Source of the DNA: a virus | Virus record (IMG/VR): IMGVR_UViG_3300022719_000039 | Location: 1 to 64,000 of that record | Length of the DNA stretch: 64,000 nt | Direction: 5' to 3' (one strand) | Shown: in pieces, positions 62,736 through 64,000 of the stretch | Layout: every line of letters begins with the position of its first letter | Numbering within the stretch: position 1 is the first letter of the stretch | The notes under the pieces: generated by a model | The model's input: the letters and a program-made list of their open reading frames with translations, nothing else | The model's database searches: none | What the model was told of the DNA's origin: nothing | Position numbers and translations under genes: made by a program

Positions 62736-62893
62736 AACACTTAATAAAAGCAATACTTATATTCTTAATAGTGCTAATAAGCATAGGCTATTACTGGCCT
62801 ATGCATAGACTAGCATTCATTTACCTATTACCGGGATTGGGATTTGTAATATTTATGTTCATATTGTCTTTAGTAGATAAGCCCGAAGACTAA
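62732..62893 (+). CDS. small two-TM membrane protein (53 aa, not in the ORF track)
   Basis: ATGA overlap with the previous gene. MKHLIKAILIFLIVLISIGYYWPMHRLAFIYLLPGLGFVIFMFILSLVDKPED. Confidence 0.6.
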   Translation: MKHLIKAILIFLIVLISIGYYWPMHRLAFIYLLPGLGFVIFMFILSLVDKPED

Positions 62894-62941
62894 ATACTAA
62901 TTCAATTCTCACACAATCTTTTTAAGTAAATTCATTATAGC

Positions 62942-62972
62942 TTGTAAAATACCGCTATTGTTCATATATTTG
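62942..62972 (+). promoter_or_regulatory. Bacteroidota primary-sigma promoter of the polymerase operon
   Basis: TTG (62942-62944), 20-nt spacer, TATATTTG (62965-62972). Confidence 0.65.
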
Positions 62973-62977
62973 CATAT

Positions 62978-63154
62978 ATGAGTAGGAAAGTAGTAGTATG
63001 TATAAGCGATACAGATATAGAAGTATGGACAAGCTTGAAAAAAGCATGTGATATACATAAGTGGAAATATAATACTTTAGTTAAGTATAAGTTACCTACG
63101 TATTACAAAGAATGGATGCTAGTAAGATGTGAATTAAATAAAATAAACAAGTGA
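62978..63154 (+). CDS. small HTH/NUMOD1-like DNA-binding protein (58 aa, not in the ORF track)
   Basis: MSRKVVVCISDTDIEVWTSLKKACDIHKWKYNTLVKYKLP...; GTGA overlap with polA. Confidence 0.55.
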   Translation: MSRKVVVCISDTDIEVWTSLKKACDIHKWKYNTLVKYKLPTYYKEWMLVRCELNKINK

Positions 63155-64000
63155 AAACATATATAATTACAAAACAAAGTAAAAAGTATAGTGAATTTGA
63201 TTATTCTTTAAACATAGAAGATGTAGTTAATTATTTAAAAAGTAAAGAAGATTTTGCTTTTGATACAGAGACTACAGGAACAAATGCAAGGAAACATTCA
63301 ATAATTCTTGAACAATACGGTGATAAAGAATATCAGTTTGTTATAGATTGCAAAACAATACCACTGAAAAGTAGGAAGTCTTTACATAATCTACTTGAAG
63401 AAGCAAAATATACAAAGTTGACATTTCATGGAAGTTTTGATTACATTATGTGTATGGCTAATTACAATATATATCTCAATAATTATAGAGATTTATTATT
63501 AGAAGATGTCGTGACATATAACGGAATTATGAATAATATAGAATTAAATTCATATAAAAACTTACAAGGCTTTTGGAGATATTCTATGCCCGGATTATGT
63601 AAAAAGTATTTAGGGAAGAATATACAAAAAACTGAAAGAGAAGGATTCATTAATCACAAGGGACAATTCACAAGAGATCAACTTAAATATGCTGCAAATG
63701 ATATACTGTATACTTCTGCAATAGCACCAATAATAAAAGCTAACTTAGAGAAGTATAAATTACTTATTGTTGCAGCGTTGGAAAACTATGCTGCTCCTGC
63801 TTTTGCAGAAATGGAGTTCAATGGTATAAAACTTAATAAAGATATGTGGCTAGAACTCTATAATAAAAACCTAGAAAGGGAAAAGCAGATGGAGTTAAAA
63901 CTTGATGATCTTATAGTAAAAGAAGCAAACAAATATCCTGAATTAAACTCCTTTCTTTTAGTAGGGGAAAACGGTAAAGGTTTACAATCTGATATGTTTA
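63151..64000 (+). CDS. polA: family A DNA polymerase, 5' part (3'-5' exonuclease and thumb), truncated by the window end
   Basis: GTG start, frame open to the end. ExoI FDTETTG, ExoII-like FHGSFD, ExoIII YAAND, then LEN...AEME.NGI.L. Confidence 0.88.
   Translation, partial: MKTYIITKQSKKYSEFDYSLNIEDVVNYLKSKEDFAFDTETTGTNARKHSIILEQYGDKEYQFVIDCKTIPLKSRKSLHNLLEEAKYTKLTFHGSFDYIMCMANYNIYLNNYRDLLLEDVVTYNGIMNNIELNSYKNLQGFWRYSMPGLCKKYLGKNIQKTEREGFINHKGQFTRDQLKYAANDILYTSAIAPIIKANLEKYKLLIVAALENYAAPAFAEMEFNGIKLNKDMWLELYNKNLEREKQMELKLDDLIVKEANKYPELNSFLLVGENGKGLQSDMF

Noticed and set aside
2149-64000. Stop-codon reassignment, known in some crAss-like phages
   Set aside because: TerL, portal, capsid, muzzle and the 4971-aa ORF are intact in the standard code, and TAG and TGA end genes at sensible boundaries.
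1-64000. Prophage or integrated element
   Set aside because: No integrase, repressor module, att boundary or host housekeeping genes are present. The whole window reads as phage.

Overview
This window is about two-thirds of an AT-rich, apparently lytic crAss-like (Crassvirales-type) podophage of a Bacteroidota host, read in standard genetic code. The minus strand from 54.1 kb to 2.1 kb carries the late and virion module in crAss-like order: small genes (GroES-like, wHTH, HU/IHF-like), large terminase, portal, scaffold, major capsid, ring proteins, auxiliary capsid protein, muzzle, two cargo proteins, a 4971-aa virion RNA polymerase polyprotein (DFDVD motif plus two HExxH motifs), tail hub and fibre genes, an 8x42-aa repeat protein, and a lysis cassette (membrane proteins, cupin, u-spanin candidate, amidase). 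The plus strand from 54.3 kb carries small early genes, a repeat- and hairpin-rich largely non-coding region (55.8-58.1 kb), an AEP-like protein, a beta-clamp homologue and the 5' part of a family A DNA polymerase. The first 2 kb hold two methyltransferase genes flanking small ORFs. The most notable observations are an integron-cassette-like array at 0.07-1.07 kb, a mosaic repeat protein next to the fibres, a phage clamp paired with a clamp-binding-like motif in PolA, several cis-element families and candidate small RNAs in the control region, and apparent CCWGG/GGWCC avoidance. All calls come from motif recognition and synteny; no database searches were run.
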